Below the pieces are notes generated by a model. The model had not been told where the DNA came from, made no database searches, and saw nothing but the letters and a program-made list of their open reading frames with translations. A program made the translations under genes and the position numbers. This document shows positions 46,541-56,618 of a stretch of DNA of 64,000 nt, piece after piece (positions within the stretch are counted from its first letter, which is position 1; every line of letters begins with the position of its first letter). Source of the DNA: Comamonadaceae bacterium (GTDB lineage: Bacteria > Pseudomonadota > Gammaproteobacteria > Burkholderiales > Burkholderiaceae_C). Where the stretch lies: the NCBI GenBank assembly GCA_027486755.1, contig JAIXOM010000063.1:2213-66212 (forward strand), written 5' to 3'.

Positions 46541-46780
46541 ATGCAAGCCACCCTCACCATCAATAGCCGCGGCGTGGTCACGCTGCCGGCCAAATTGCGT
46601 CAGGCCATGGGCCTCAAAGCGGACGACCAATTGATCGCCGAAACCACGCCGCAAGGCCTGCTGCTGCGACCTGCTGTCACGCTTGCGCTGGAGCTCTACA
46701 CGCCCGAACGCCTGAAAGAATTTGACGCAGCAGAGGCCGAGCTTGCCGCCGTGCTACCCAAGCGCAAACTGCCGCGCTGA
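46541..46780 (+). CDS. AbrB/MazE/SpoVT-type antitoxin
   Basis: It is a 79-aa product (MQATLTINSRGVVTLPAKLRQAMGLKADDQLI) with a swapped-hairpin DNA-binding pattern. It lies directly upstream of a PIN gene. Confidence 0.75.
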   Translation: MQATLTINSRGVVTLPAKLRQAMGLKADDQLIAETTPQGLLLRPAVTLALELYTPERLKEFDAAEAELAAVLPKRKLPR

Positions 46781-46794
46781 GCCCGCAGCAGCCT

Positions 46795-47214
46795 ATGCGC
46801 ATTTTTCTGGATGCCAATGTCCTGTTTTCTGCGTCCAAATCGGCGGGCGCTATCCGGCAGCTGGTCCATGCATTGCAAGCCGGTGGCCACATCCTGGTGG
46901 CGAACGAATACGTCGCCTCAGAGGCCCGTCGAAATATTGCTGGCAAGGCCCAGGCTGACAGTCAGGCGCATTTACACACCTTGCTCTCGCAGATCGAAGT
47001 CAGTGCAACGCACTATCCTGCAAATGACAACGCTGCGGTGATCTGGCTGCCTGAAAAAGACCGCCCGGTCCTGATGGCCGCAATAGCACTGAACTGCGAG
47101 GCACTATTGACCGGAGACAAAACCCACTTCGGGCCAGGCTATGGCCAGACTTTTGCTGGCGTCACTATTTATGCACCAGCTCAACTGGCCATGGCTGTGT
47201 TTCCACCAGCCTGA
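46795..47214 (+). CDS. PIN-domain toxin (VapC-like)
   Basis: The product contains MRIFLDANVLFSA, EKDRPVLMAA and LLTGDKTHF, with acidic residues at PIN positions. It is 139 aa. Confidence 0.75.
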   Translation: MRIFLDANVLFSASKSAGAIRQLVHALQAGGHILVANEYVASEARRNIAGKAQADSQAHLHTLLSQIEVSATHYPANDNAAVIWLPEKDRPVLMAAIALNCEALLTGDKTHFGPGYGQTFAGVTIYAPAQLAMAVFPPA

Positions 47215-47356
47215 AGCCAGTTGGGCACACTATTCCGATACCAAAGCACGCATGGCAGGGTGATGGCAGGAACTGATAGATGCAGCCGTCTTGGCGGGTC
47301 TGGCTAGTGCCCATGCTCGCCGCATTGAAGCCCAAGCGGGGGCCTAAAATCGCTGC

Positions 47357-49174
47357 ATGACCGTGCCCCACACCGCTCCTGAGACCGACAAGCCCAGTAA
47401 CTTTCTGCGCCAGATCATCGAGCACGATCTGGCCCAAAGCACCTACGCCAGCCGCCGCTGGGCCGGCAGCCCAGGCGGCGCAGCCCACCAGGCCCAGGGC
47501 GAACCCGACCCGGCCAAGATCCGCACCCGCTTTCCGCCCGAGCCCAACGGCTACCTGCATGTGGGCCATGCCAAGAGCATCTGCCTGAACTTCGGCCTTG
47601 CGCGCGACTACGGCGGCGTGTGCCATCTGCGCTTTGACGACACCAACCCCGAAAAAGAAGACCAGGAGTATGTGCGCAGCATCATCGATGCGGTGCAGTG
47701 GCTGGGCTTTGACTGGGCGCAGATCGGCCAAACCCCGGGCAGCACCGCACCCTACCAGGCCAGCGACTATTTCGGCTTCATGTACCACGCCGCCGAATAC
47801 TTGATCGAGGCCGGCCACGCCTATGTGGACGAGCAGAGCCCAGAAGACATGCGCGCCAACCGCGGCGACTTTGGCAAGCCCGGCGTCAACAGCCCCTACC
47901 GCGACCGCAGCCCGGCAGAGAACCTGGCGCGCTTTCGCGAAATGAAGGGGGGCCAGCACCCCGACGGCGCCATGGTGCTGCGGGCCAAGATTGACATGGC
48001 CTCGCCCAACATCAATATGCGCGACCCGGCCATCTACCGCATCCGCCACGCCGAGCACCACCACACCGGCAATGCCTGGTGCGTCTACCCCATGTACACC
48101 TTTGCGCATCCGATCGAAGATGCGCTGGAACAGATCACGCACAGCATCTGCACGCTCGAATTCGAAGACCAGCGTCCGTTCTACGACTGGCTGATGGAGC
48201 GCTTGATCGAAGGCGGCCTGCTGACCAGCCCGCCACCCAAGCAGTATGAATTTGCCCGCCTGAACCTCACCTATGTGGTGACTTCCAAGCGCAAGCTGGC
48301 GCAACTGGTCAACGACAAGCGCGTCAGCGGCTGGGACGACCCGCGCATGCCCACCATCGTGGGCCTGCGCCGACGCGGCTACACGCCTGAGGCGCTGCAG
48401 CTGTTTGCCGAGCGCATCGGCGTGACCAAAAGCGACAGCTGGATAGACTACAGCACGCTCGAAGGCTGCCTGCGCGAGGACCTGGAAAACAAGGCTCACC
48501 GCGGCATGGCGGTGCTGGATCCGGTCAAGCTGGTATTGAGCAATTGGGCCGAGGTCTTTGGCTCGGACGACTACCTCGAAGACTGCACCCAGCCCGCCCT
48601 GCCCCACAGCGCCATGGCCGAGGGCCAGACGCCGCCACCCGATCGGGCCTTCAAGATCGGCAAGCAGGTGTGGATCGAGCGCGAGGACTTCGAGGAAGTG
48701 CCGCCCAAGGGCTACAAGCGGCTCTTTCCCGGCAATGTGGTGCGCCTCAAGGGCGGCTACGTGATTGAATGCACGGGCTGCCAGCGCGATGCAACGGGCC
48801 AGATCACCGAAGTCCATGCCAAGGTGATCCCTGGCACCAAGAGCGGCACGCCTGGGGCCGACAGCGTCAAGGCCAAGGCCGCCATCACCTGGGTCGGTGT
48901 AGCCGACGGCGTCCAGGCCGAGGTAAGGCTGTACGAGCGCCTGTTTTTAGAGGCCCACCCGGACGCGGGCGGCAAGGACTTTTTACAGGCCCTCAACCCC
49001 GAAAGCCTCAAGCTCGTCACCGCCGTCTTGGAGCCATCCCTGGCCGCCGCCCAGCCGGATCAGAAGTTTCAGTTTGAGCGCCACGGCTATTTTGTCGCCG
49101 ACCGCCAGGACCATGCGCCGGGCCGGCCTGTGTTCAACCGAGCGGTGGGGTTGAAGGACTCCTGGGGGAAATAA
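47357..49174 (+). CDS. glnS: Glutamine--tRNA ligase
   Basis: It has the HIGH-type motif (PEPNGYLHVGHAK) and the VVTSKRKL (KMSKS-type) motif. It also has the class I Gln/Glu core and an anticodon-binding barrel. Confidence 0.95.
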   Translation: MTVPHTAPETDKPSNFLRQIIEHDLAQSTYASRRWAGSPGGAAHQAQGEPDPAKIRTRFPPEPNGYLHVGHAKSICLNFGLARDYGGVCHLRFDDTNPEKEDQEYVRSIIDAVQWLGFDWAQIGQTPGSTAPYQASDYFGFMYHAAEYLIEAGHAYVDEQSPEDMRANRGDFGKPGVNSPYRDRSPAENLARFREMKGGQHPDGAMVLRAKIDMASPNINMRDPAIYRIRHAEHHHTGNAWCVYPMYTFAHPIEDALEQITHSICTLEFEDQRPFYDWLMERLIEGGLLTSPPPKQYEFARLNLTYVVTSKRKLAQLVNDKRVSGWDDPRMPTIVGLRRRGYTPEALQLFAERIGVTKSDSWIDYSTLEGCLREDLENKAHRGMAVLDPVKLVLSNWAEVFGSDDYLEDCTQPALPHSAMAEGQTPPPDRAFKIGKQVWIEREDFEEVPPKGYKRLFPGNVVRLKGGYVIECTGCQRDATGQITEVHAKVIPGTKSGTPGADSVKAKAAITWVGVADGVQAEVRLYERLFLEAHPDAGGKDFLQALNPESLKLVTAVLEPSLAAAQPDQKFQFERHGYFVADRQDHAPGRPVFNRAVGLKDSWGK

Positions 49175-49286
49175 CTTGCAAAGCAAGCGCTTGGGCGGGC
49201 AGAGAGGACAACTTGCTTTGTGTCGCGGTGGTCATTGACAATGTGCTGGTGATCAAGACCGTGATGCATCACTGGAAATTCACGCC

Positions 49287-49478
49287 ATGAAAAGTACCTA
49301 CTTCGAAAACGACGACATCCTGCAGATTCGGCTGTCAGACAAACTCATCGTGCGCGAAGAATCTCAAGACTGGCACACCAACATCAGCTATGCAGAAGAC
49401 GGCAGCATCGTTGAAATCGTGCTGCTCGACGCCAAAAAGGAAGGCCTGCTGCCGGTAGAGTACCGCCACGCGGCCTAA
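49287..49478 (+). CDS. DUF2283 domain protein (antitoxin-like)
   Basis: It is a 63-aa product (YFENDDILQIRLSD...YAEDGSIVEIVLLDAKK) matching the DUF2283 pattern as I recall it. Confidence 0.7.
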   Translation: MKSTYFENDDILQIRLSDKLIVREESQDWHTNISYAEDGSIVEIVLLDAKKEGLLPVEYRHAA

Positions 49479-49653
49479 AACGGGCCGCGCGAACTCAGAT
49501 CAGCAGCCACCGACATCCCTACGCCACAGCACTGGGTAGGCTCGCCAGCGGAACCCGGTGGCTGGCGCCGAAACCGGCGCTTACATGCGGCAGCGCCTGA
49601 CCCATCCAAACCCCTATGAGCGCGCCCTTCGCAACGAAAGCAGCCTGCTGCCC

Positions 49654-50901
49654 ATGAACACCCCCTTGGAAAACCTGCCCGAAAGCTGCGATGTGCTGGT
49701 CATCGGTGCTGGCCCGGCCGGCTCGGCCGCGGCCATCACCCTGGCGCGCAATGGCCTGGACGTGTTGCTGGTCGATCAGCATAGCTTTCCGCGCGACAAG
49801 ATCTGCGGCGACGGCCTGATTCCCGATGCGCACCGAGCCCTGGCAGAGCTGGGCGTGCTGGACGAAGTGATGCAACGGGCCCAAGCAGCCCAGTTCGTGC
49901 GCTGCACCAGCCCGCGCGGACGTCAGCTCGATGTGCAAGGCACGCTGGCCGTGCTGCCGCGCAAGCAACTCGACGAGATCATCTGCCGCGCGGCGGTGCG
50001 TGCCGGTGCCCGCATGTATGCGCCGCTGCGCCTGAACCGGCTGATGGAAGAAGACGGCCAGGTGGTCGGCGCGCATTTGCAGCAAGGCGGCGAGCAGCGG
50101 CAACTGCGCGCCCGCTGGGTGGTGTTGGCCACCGGCGCAGTGCCGCAGGCCTTGATGGACGCTGGCATGGCCCTGCGCCAGCGGCCCAGTGCCGTGGCCC
50201 TGCGCTGCTACATCCGCAATCCGGCCATGACGCAAGAGATCACAGGCCTGGAGGTGCTGTTTCACCGCAGCCTGGCGCCCGGCTATGGCTGGATCTTCCC
50301 CTGCGGGCAGGGTGTGTTCAACGTCGGCGTGGGCATTGTCCGGCCCGCTGGCGCCAAGCGAGAAGCAGCTGGCCAGATGAATCTGCGCGAGATGTTCCAC
50401 AAGCTCGGCAGCCTGTCTGACACGGCCCGCCGCCTGCTCGAAGGGGGCGAGCAAATGGGCCCGCTCAAGGGGGCGCCCCTGCGCTACAGCCTTGAAGGTG
50501 CGACGCTGAGTCGGCCGGGGCTGTTGGTGACAGGCGAAGCTGCCGGCAGTACCTACGCGCTGACCGGCGAGGGCATAGGCAAAGCGCTGGAGACCGGGAT
50601 CCTGGCCGCCCAGGCCATTGCGCTGGGCGCCAAGAGCGCCCAGGGCGGGCAGGCACCGGCCTTCAGTGAGGCCCAGGTGCGTGACCATTACCAGGCGCAG
50701 GTCGATGCACTGCGCCCGCGCTTTCACTTGTACGAGCGAGCCCAGGCGGCCAGTGCCAGCCCTTGGCTAACCGAGCTGCTGCTCTGGCGGGCGCAGAAGA
50801 GCCCGCGCCTGCGCCGAGGCCTGGCCGGCATCCTCAACGAGAGCACAGACCCTTCCCGGCGCTTTTCCCTCAAGGACATGCTGCGTCTGCTGAGCAGCTA
50901 A
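49654..50901 (+). CDS. Geranylgeranyl reductase-family FAD-dependent oxidoreductase
   Basis: The product contains CDVLVIGAGPAGSAAAITLARNGLDVLLVD and PRDKICGDGL motifs. I moved the start to MNTPLEN. Confidence 0.8.
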   Translation: MNTPLENLPESCDVLVIGAGPAGSAAAITLARNGLDVLLVDQHSFPRDKICGDGLIPDAHRALAELGVLDEVMQRAQAAQFVRCTSPRGRQLDVQGTLAVLPRKQLDEIICRAAVRAGARMYAPLRLNRLMEEDGQVVGAHLQQGGEQRQLRARWVVLATGAVPQALMDAGMALRQRPSAVALRCYIRNPAMTQEITGLEVLFHRSLAPGYGWIFPCGQGVFNVGVGIVRPAGAKREAAGQMNLREMFHKLGSLSDTARRLLEGGEQMGPLKGAPLRYSLEGATLSRPGLLVTGEAAGSTYALTGEGIGKALETGILAAQAIALGAKSAQGGQAPAFSEAQVRDHYQAQVDALRPRFHLYERAQAASASPWLTELLLWRAQKSPRLRRGLAGILNESTDPSRRFSLKDMLRLLSS

Positions 50902-50925
50902 TGACTGGCGGGGCAGCTGACGGGA

Positions 50926-52197
50926 TCAGCGCGGCCGTGCGGAGTCGCTCAGGGTGCGCAAAAACGCCACCACATCGTCGATCTCGGAGGGGCTGAGCAC
51001 CGCCGGTGCAGAAGCCGGCAAATTGAAGGGTGCCTTGGTCTTTTCGATATTGCCCAGGTACTTGGCGGGCAAGTCATTGGGCGTGCCGTCGCCGCCGTAA
51101 AACTCGGTCGGGTTGCGATGACGCGTGGCATAAAAGCGCACCACCTCGCGCAGATCCTTGAAAAATCCGTTGTGCATGAAGGCCGGTCGCTCTGCCACAT
51201 TGCGCAGCGTCGGCATGCGGAACATGCCACAAAAGTTATCCAGCGTGACGCCGGTGGCCAGCACCTCGGCGGGCAGCGTCGGCGCTGTGCGTTCGGGCCC
51301 GCACAGGCCCAGGTCGAAAAACGTGGGATCCGTATTGCGGGCAATAGCCCGGTTACGCGGCACCCCAATGGCGTAGAAGCTGAACTCGGTGAAGGGCGAA
51401 TCCTCAGGTTTGCCGGTGTCCGGATTCATCAGATGACAGCCTGCGCAATTGGCTCGGGCCGGATCACGAAACAGCGCCATGCCCCGGGCTTCGCTGGCTG
51501 TCAGCGTGGCGGTGCCCCGCACCATATCGTCGTACTTGGAGCTAAAGGTCTGCAACTGGCTGCGCTGGAAGCCCTCCAGGGCGTTGCCGATGCGGGTGAA
51601 GGCGGCGGCGGGGTCGTCAAACACCCTGGAGCCAAAAAGCCGCCGAAATTCTCCGGCGTAGGGCGCCGCGGCGATCTTGGCCACCACGGAGGCCGTGTCG
51701 CTGTTGTTCATCTCCAGCGGGTGCAGCAGGGGTCCGGCCGCCTGCTGGGTCAGGGTATCGGCGCGGCCGTCCCACAGCAGCCCGCCCACCGCCTCTGCTT
51801 TACCGTCTTCAACGCTGAAATGAAACGCAGGGATCAGGCCGCTGTAGCTGTTGGTCATGGCATTGCGCAGCCCCAAAGCGGCTGGAGTGCCGCCGCGCGC
51901 TACGCCCAAAGTGGAGCCGTTATTGCCGGCAAAGCCCATATTGGCTTGGTGGCAGTTGACACAAGCCGTACCGCGCGGCTCGGACAAATTGGGATCGGTA
52001 AAGATCCGCTGGCCCAGCGCCGCCATATCGGCCGAGGCCAGCAACTGCGGTGTGACCGCCGCCAGGGCCGGCGCCATCGTCGCATCGGACTTGTCCCCGC
52101 CCCCTCCGCCGCAGCCGGCCAGCCACAAGGACAGCAGGCTCAGAATCACGACCAGACGCTGCCGACGGGCAGAGCAAGAAGTAGCGGAAGAGTTCAT
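50926..52197 (-). CDS. Di-haem cytochrome c peroxidase (CCP/MauG family), lipoprotein
   Basis: It has two CxxCH motifs (CVNCH, CAGCH), the lipobox LWLAGC, and the conserved MPTLRNV segment. Confidence 0.85.
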   Translation of the reverse strand: MNSSATSCSARRQRLVVILSLLSLWLAGCGGGGGDKSDATMAPALAAVTPQLLASADMAALGQRIFTDPNLSEPRGTACVNCHQANMGFAGNNGSTLGVARGGTPAALGLRNAMTNSYSGLIPAFHFSVEDGKAEAVGGLLWDGRADTLTQQAAGPLLHPLEMNNSDTASVVAKIAAAPYAGEFRRLFGSRVFDDPAAAFTRIGNALEGFQRSQLQTFSSKYDDMVRGTATLTASEARGMALFRDPARANCAGCHLMNPDTGKPEDSPFTEFSFYAIGVPRNRAIARNTDPTFFDLGLCGPERTAPTLPAEVLATGVTLDNFCGMFRMPTLRNVAERPAFMHNGFFKDLREVVRFYATRHRNPTEFYGGDGTPNDLPAKYLGNIEKTKAPFNLPASAPAVLSPSEIDDVVAFLRTLSDSARPR

Positions 52198-52316
52198 CGC
52201 TGGTACCGAAAGTCAAGAGAATTTCAGTATCAGCCCCGGATGTAGAGCTTGTGTAAAGATTGCAAAAAAGTAATGCAAAGTACCTTGGCGGCGGCCCCTT
52301 AAGCACCGGGCCAGGC

Positions 52317-53486
52317 TCAGCTCGAGTTGCGATCCAAGCGCCAGGCACCCCAGGCTGCCAGCAGGCTGAGCAAGGCCACCGGCACCGAGATCCAAAATAC
52401 GCTGACCAGACCCCAGTGGCTAGACAGCACCCCGCCAGCCACACCCCCGAGCACCCCGGGCAGGCCATAGGCGACGATGGTGTAGAGCGCCTGAGCACGC
52501 CCTCGCATCTGACCTGAGAAACGTTGCGACAGCCAGGTGACGCAGACGGTATGGTGGGCGGCAAAGGTGATGGCGTGCATGCTCTGGGCCAACATCAAGG
52601 CCCAGAGTTGCTCGCCAGCGCCAGCTGTGATGAGCATGCGCACCACCACCACCCCAGCGCAAATCATCAGCCAGACGGTGGGCCCAAAACGCGGCAGCCA
52701 GCGCGCTTGCGTGAAGAACCAGACCACCTCGACCAGCACCGACAAGGCCCACAGCAGTCCAATGGTGGTCTTGCTGTAACCCAGTTCGTCCAGGTAGAGG
52801 GAAAAGAACACATAAACGCTGATGTGTGCCAGCACGTGAAAGAAGGCCGAGGCAAAAAACAGTTGCACCGAACGCTGACGCAGCAAGGGCCAGATGCTTT
52901 CTTTGTCTTCCTGGGCCGGCACGGTCTCGCGCACACTAGGCAGGGCCCAGGCACTGGCCGCAAGAGCAGAAATGGTGAGTAAGGTCAGCAGCGGAAACTG
53001 GACCATGCCGTGGCGCTCGAACCACCAGCCTGCGGCAATGACGGTCAGCAAAAATCCAACCGAGCCGAACACCCGCACATGGCCATAGCGCCGCGCATCA
53101 AACTGGCCGTCGTGACTGACGTTCTGTATCACCAGGGCCTCGGCCATGGGCATCATGCCGCTGGTATGGATAAACAGCAGCAGTAAAACCGCAAACAGCC
53201 AGACCACGCCGCCATCGAACCACAAGCCCAAGGAGATCACCAGCGAGGCGCCCGCGCCATAGCGCAGCAACCAGGTCCGGCGGCCGGTGTGGTCGCTCAG
53301 CCAGCCCCAGCCATAGGGCGCAACCAGGCGACTGGCCGATTGCAAGGACACCAGCACGCTGATGGCCACCAGGCTCAGGCCCATCTCCTTGAGCCACAGC
53401 GGCAGATAGGGATTGAAGAAGCCGATATGCGCGAAATAAGTGGCCACCAAAGCCGACAGGGCGGCCAACGATCGTGTTTGGGGCAT
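52317..53486 (-). CDS. MFS transporter (HcaT/LacY-like subfamily)
   Basis: It has 12 predicted TM segments and the motif GWLSDHTGRR after TM2. Confidence 0.8.
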   Translation of the reverse strand: MPQTRSLAALSALVATYFAHIGFFNPYLPLWLKEMGLSLVAISVLVSLQSASRLVAPYGWGWLSDHTGRRTWLLRYGAGASLVISLGLWFDGGVVWLFAVLLLLFIHTSGMMPMAEALVIQNVSHDGQFDARRYGHVRVFGSVGFLLTVIAAGWWFERHGMVQFPLLTLLTISALAASAWALPSVRETVPAQEDKESIWPLLRQRSVQLFFASAFFHVLAHISVYVFFSLYLDELGYSKTTIGLLWALSVLVEVVWFFTQARWLPRFGPTVWLMICAGVVVVRMLITAGAGEQLWALMLAQSMHAITFAAHHTVCVTWLSQRFSGQMRGRAQALYTIVAYGLPGVLGGVAGGVLSSHWGLVSVFWISVPVALLSLLAAWGAWRLDRNSS

Positions 53487-53709
53487 GGCGCTCAGGGCTC
53501 AGACCCGCAGGCCGGGGCGCGAAGGTAGCCACTGAATGGGAAGGACGGGCCAAGAATCGGGAAGAAACGTCGCGCAGATCGAACAAGAGGCATCAGGGCA
53601 GTATAAAAGCTGGCCCCGGAGGCGACTGCGGCCAAGGCGGCCCGCCAAGGTCGCAGATGCACCACCGCAATGGGCTAGCGCCTGCGCAAAACGCGGCTAA
53701 AGTCAGACC

Positions 53710-54873
53710 ATGCATGCCGTCCCCTCCCATGTCTTGCCCATCTTGGTGCTGGCGCAACTGGCGGGCACCTCGCTGTGGTTCGCGGTCAATGCCGTTATGC
53801 CCGATCTGCAGCGCAGCCTGGGCTGGCCGGCCACCTCGGTGGGCACGCTCACCTCGGCCCTGCAGCTGGGTTTTATTTTGGGCACCTTGGTGTTCGCATT
53901 GCTGGCCATTGCCGACCGCTTCAAAGCCACCCGCGTGTTCCTGCTGTGTGCGCTGGCAGGCTCAGCCTGCACGGTGGGCGCCTGGGCCATGGTGGCCGAC
54001 TTCCAGGCGCTGCTGCTCTGGCGATTTGCGACCGGGTTTTTTCTGGCGGGCATCTACCCGGTGGGCATGAAGATCGCGTCGCAGTGGTACCAGCAAGGCC
54101 TGGGCTCAGCGCTGGGCTATCTGATCGGGGCCTTGGTGCTGGGTTCGGCCAGTGCGCACGGCCTGCGGGCTTTGGCCGACGCCCTGCCCTGGCCCGCCCT
54201 GATGCTTGGCGTGGCCGCCCTGGCCGCCGGTGGCGGACTGCTGATCTTGGCCCTGGGCGAAGCCCCGCGCGCGCCGGTGCGCGCCAGCACCCTGCAATGG
54301 CGGGCGCTGGCCACACTGTGGACCGACGCGCGGGTGCGCAGCTCGGTGCTGGGCTATTTCGGGCATATGTGGGAGCTCTACACCTTCTGGGTTTTGATGC
54401 CGCTGATCCTGGCCACCCGCTTGAGCGGCGTGCAACTGTCGTGGGCGGCGTTCCTCATCCTGGGCAGCGGAGCGCTGGGCTGCGTGATCGGCGGCTACGC
54501 TGCGCGCCGCTGGGGCAGCGCCCGGGTGGCCGGCTTGCAGCTGAGCATCAGTGGCCTGTGCTGCCTGCTCGCGCCTTGGCTGATGAGCGCGCCGGCACCG
54601 GCTTTCTACGGCTGGTTGCTGCTGTGGGGCATCACCGTGGCCGGCGACTCGCCGCAGTTTTCCACCCTGACCGCCCGCAACGCGCCGCCGCAAGCGGTAG
54701 GCAGCGTGCTGACCCTCACCAACAGCCTAGGCTTTGCCATCAGCATTGTGAGCATCTTGCTCTTCGTCGCGCTCACTGCCCACCTGCCTTTGGGCTGGCT
54801 GCTCACAGGACTGGCCTTGGGCCCGGCACTGGGCCTGTGGGCGCTGTGGCCCTTGATGCGCGAAGGCGCTTGA
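53710..54873 (+). CDS. MFS transporter
   Basis: It is a 387-aa polytopic protein with about 12 TM segments and is divergent from the preceding MFS gene. The substrate is unknown. Confidence 0.8.
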   Translation: MHAVPSHVLPILVLAQLAGTSLWFAVNAVMPDLQRSLGWPATSVGTLTSALQLGFILGTLVFALLAIADRFKATRVFLLCALAGSACTVGAWAMVADFQALLLWRFATGFFLAGIYPVGMKIASQWYQQGLGSALGYLIGALVLGSASAHGLRALADALPWPALMLGVAALAAGGGLLILALGEAPRAPVRASTLQWRALATLWTDARVRSSVLGYFGHMWELYTFWVLMPLILATRLSGVQLSWAAFLILGSGALGCVIGGYAARRWGSARVAGLQLSISGLCCLLAPWLMSAPAPAFYGWLLLWGITVAGDSPQFSTLTARNAPPQAVGSVLTLTNSLGFAISIVSILLFVALTAHLPLGWLLTGLALGPALGLWALWPLMREGA

Positions 54874-54908
54874 GTCCCGTCAGCTCCCCGCGATAAGACC
54901 GAGGTCGC

Positions 54909-55994
54909 CTAAGCGATGCGCGGCAGGCTGGCGCGCACATCAGCGCACTGGGCCCGGTGCTGCAGCACATGTTCCATCACCACCAGGGCCAGCATCGCCT
55001 CCAGGATGGGGGTGGCGCGAATGCCGACGCAGGGGTCATGGCGGCCCTTGGTCACCACCTCGGTGGGCTGGCCCTGCTGGTCGATGGACGGGCGCGGCGT
55101 GAGGATGGACGAGGTCGGCTTGATCGCCACCGACACCTCCAGGTCCTGCCCCGTGGAAATGCCGCCGAGCACACCGCCCGCGTTGTTGCCCACAAAGCCG
55201 CTGGGGGTGAGCGCATCGCCATGCACGCTGCCGCGCTGACCCACGCTGGCAAAGCCGGCGCCGATTTCCACGCCCTTGACCGCGTTGACACCCATCATTG
55301 CGTAGGCGATGTCGGCATCGAGCTTGTCAAACAGAGGTTGGCCCAGGCCCACTGGCATGCCGGTGGCCACCACCCGCAGACGGGCGCCGCAGGAGTCTCC
55401 CGACTTGCGCAGCGCATCCATATAAGCCTCGAGCGCCGACACATCAGCGACTGGCGCAAAAAACGGGTTGTGGCCGACATGCTCCCAGGACTCGAAGGCT
55501 ATTGGCAGTTCGCCGATCTGAGTCATGCAGCCCTTAAAGGCGATGCCCCGGTTGAGCTGCAGCCATTTCTTGGCCACCGCACCGGCAGCCACCATGGGCG
55601 CGGTCAAGCGCGCAGACGATCGCCCCCCGCCGCGCGGATCACGCACGCCGTATTTATGGGCATAGGTGTAGTCGGCGTGGCCGGGGCGAAAGGTATCGAG
55701 CAGGTTGCCGTAGTCTTTGCTGCGCTGGTCGGTGTTGCGGATCAGCAGCGCGATCGGGGTGCCGGTGGTCTGGCCCTCATAGACGCCCGAAAGGATCTCC
55801 ACCGCATCGGGCTCGTTGCGCTGGGTCACATGGCGACTGGTGCCGGGGCGGCGGCGATCAAGGTCAGGTTGAATGTCGGCTTCGCTGAGCGCGAGGCCCG
55901 GCGGGCAGCCGTCGATCACGCAGCCGACGGCCGGCCCATGCGACTCACCGAAATTGGTGACCGCGAAAAGATGTCCAAAAGTATTGCCGCTCAT
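54909..55994 (-). CDS. aroC: Chorismate synthase
   Basis: The product contains [31 protein letters not shown] and [10 protein letters not shown] signatures. Confidence 0.95.
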   Translation of the reverse strand: MSGNTFGHLFAVTNFGESHGPAVGCVIDGCPPGLALSEADIQPDLDRRRPGTSRHVTQRNEPDAVEILSGVYEGQTTGTPIALLIRNTDQRSKDYGNLLDTFRPGHADYTYAHKYGVRDPRGGGRSSARLTAPMVAAGAVAKKWLQLNRGIAFKGCMTQIGELPIAFESWEHVGHNPFFAPVADVSALEAYMDALRKSGDSCGARLRVVATGMPVGLGQPLFDKLDADIAYAMMGVNAVKGVEIGAGFASVGQRGSVHGDALTPSGFVGNNAGGVLGGISTGQDLEVSVAIKPTSSILTPRPSIDQQGQPTEVVTKGRHDPCVGIRATPILEAMLALVVMEHVLQHRAQCADVRASLPRIA

Positions 55995-56039
55995 GCCTGG
56001 GATTATCCCCGAGCCGGCAACCGCGCTGCCGGGCCTGGA

Positions 56040-56498
56040 TCACTGAGGGGCGCTGGCTTGGTCCTCGCCCGGCCAATCGCGAATATAGGCCTTGAGCAGC
56101 TTGTTTTCGAAGTTCTGGCTGTCAACCACCGCCTTGGCCACATCGTAAAAGCTGATCACGCCCATCAGGGTGCGCCTGTCCATCACCGGCATATAGCGGG
56201 CGTGGCGCTCAAGCATCATGCGCCGCACCTCGTCGAGCTCGGTCTCCAGGGTGCAGGTCAGTGGGTGGTCGTCCATGGCGCTGCGCACCAGGGTGCTGCC
56301 CAGGCTGCCGCCATTTTTGACCAAGCTGAGCATGACCTCGCGAAAGGTCAGCATACCCACCAGATCGCCATGCTCCATGACGACAAGCGAGCCGATGTCT
56401 TTGTCGGCCATGATGGTGGTGGCATCGGCCAGGGGCTGGTCGGGCCGAACGGTAAACAAGGTACCGCCCTTGACTCTGAGTATGTCTGAGACCTTCAT
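56040..56498 (-). CDS. CBS-domain pair protein
   Basis: From MKVSDILRVKGG it has two CBS repeats (DIGSLVVMEHGDLVGMLTFREV and RYMPVMDRRTLMGVISFYDV). I moved the start to the internal ATG. Confidence 0.8.
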   Translation of the reverse strand: MKVSDILRVKGGTLFTVRPDQPLADATTIMADKDIGSLVVMEHGDLVGMLTFREVMLSLVKNGGSLGSTLVRSAMDDHPLTCTLETELDEVRRMMLERHARYMPVMDRRTLMGVISFYDVAKAVVDSQNFENKLLKAYIRDWPGEDQASAPQ

Positions 56499-56618
56499 GA
56501 GCGCTCCTCCTTGACTGATGCATGGCGCCGGGCAGCGAGGCCGGCAGTTCTGGCAATATAGCCCACAATCGCCCTCTTGCCAGTCACGGACTGCACAAAC
56601 GAAGGAGCTCAACATCCC

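Noticed and set aside
47165-48817. A 550-aa minus-strand ORF opposite glnS, and likewise 54957-56489 (+) opposite aroC and the CBS gene.
   Set aside because: These are antisense shadow ORFs in high-GC coding DNA. The opposite-strand products (GlnRS, chorismate synthase) are unambiguous.
56499-56618. A possible SAM-type riboswitch or leader upstream of metY.
   Set aside because: I could not recognise any SAM-I, SAM-II or SAH consensus elements or a terminator in the 120-nt leader. This should be checked with a covariance-model search before anything is claimed.
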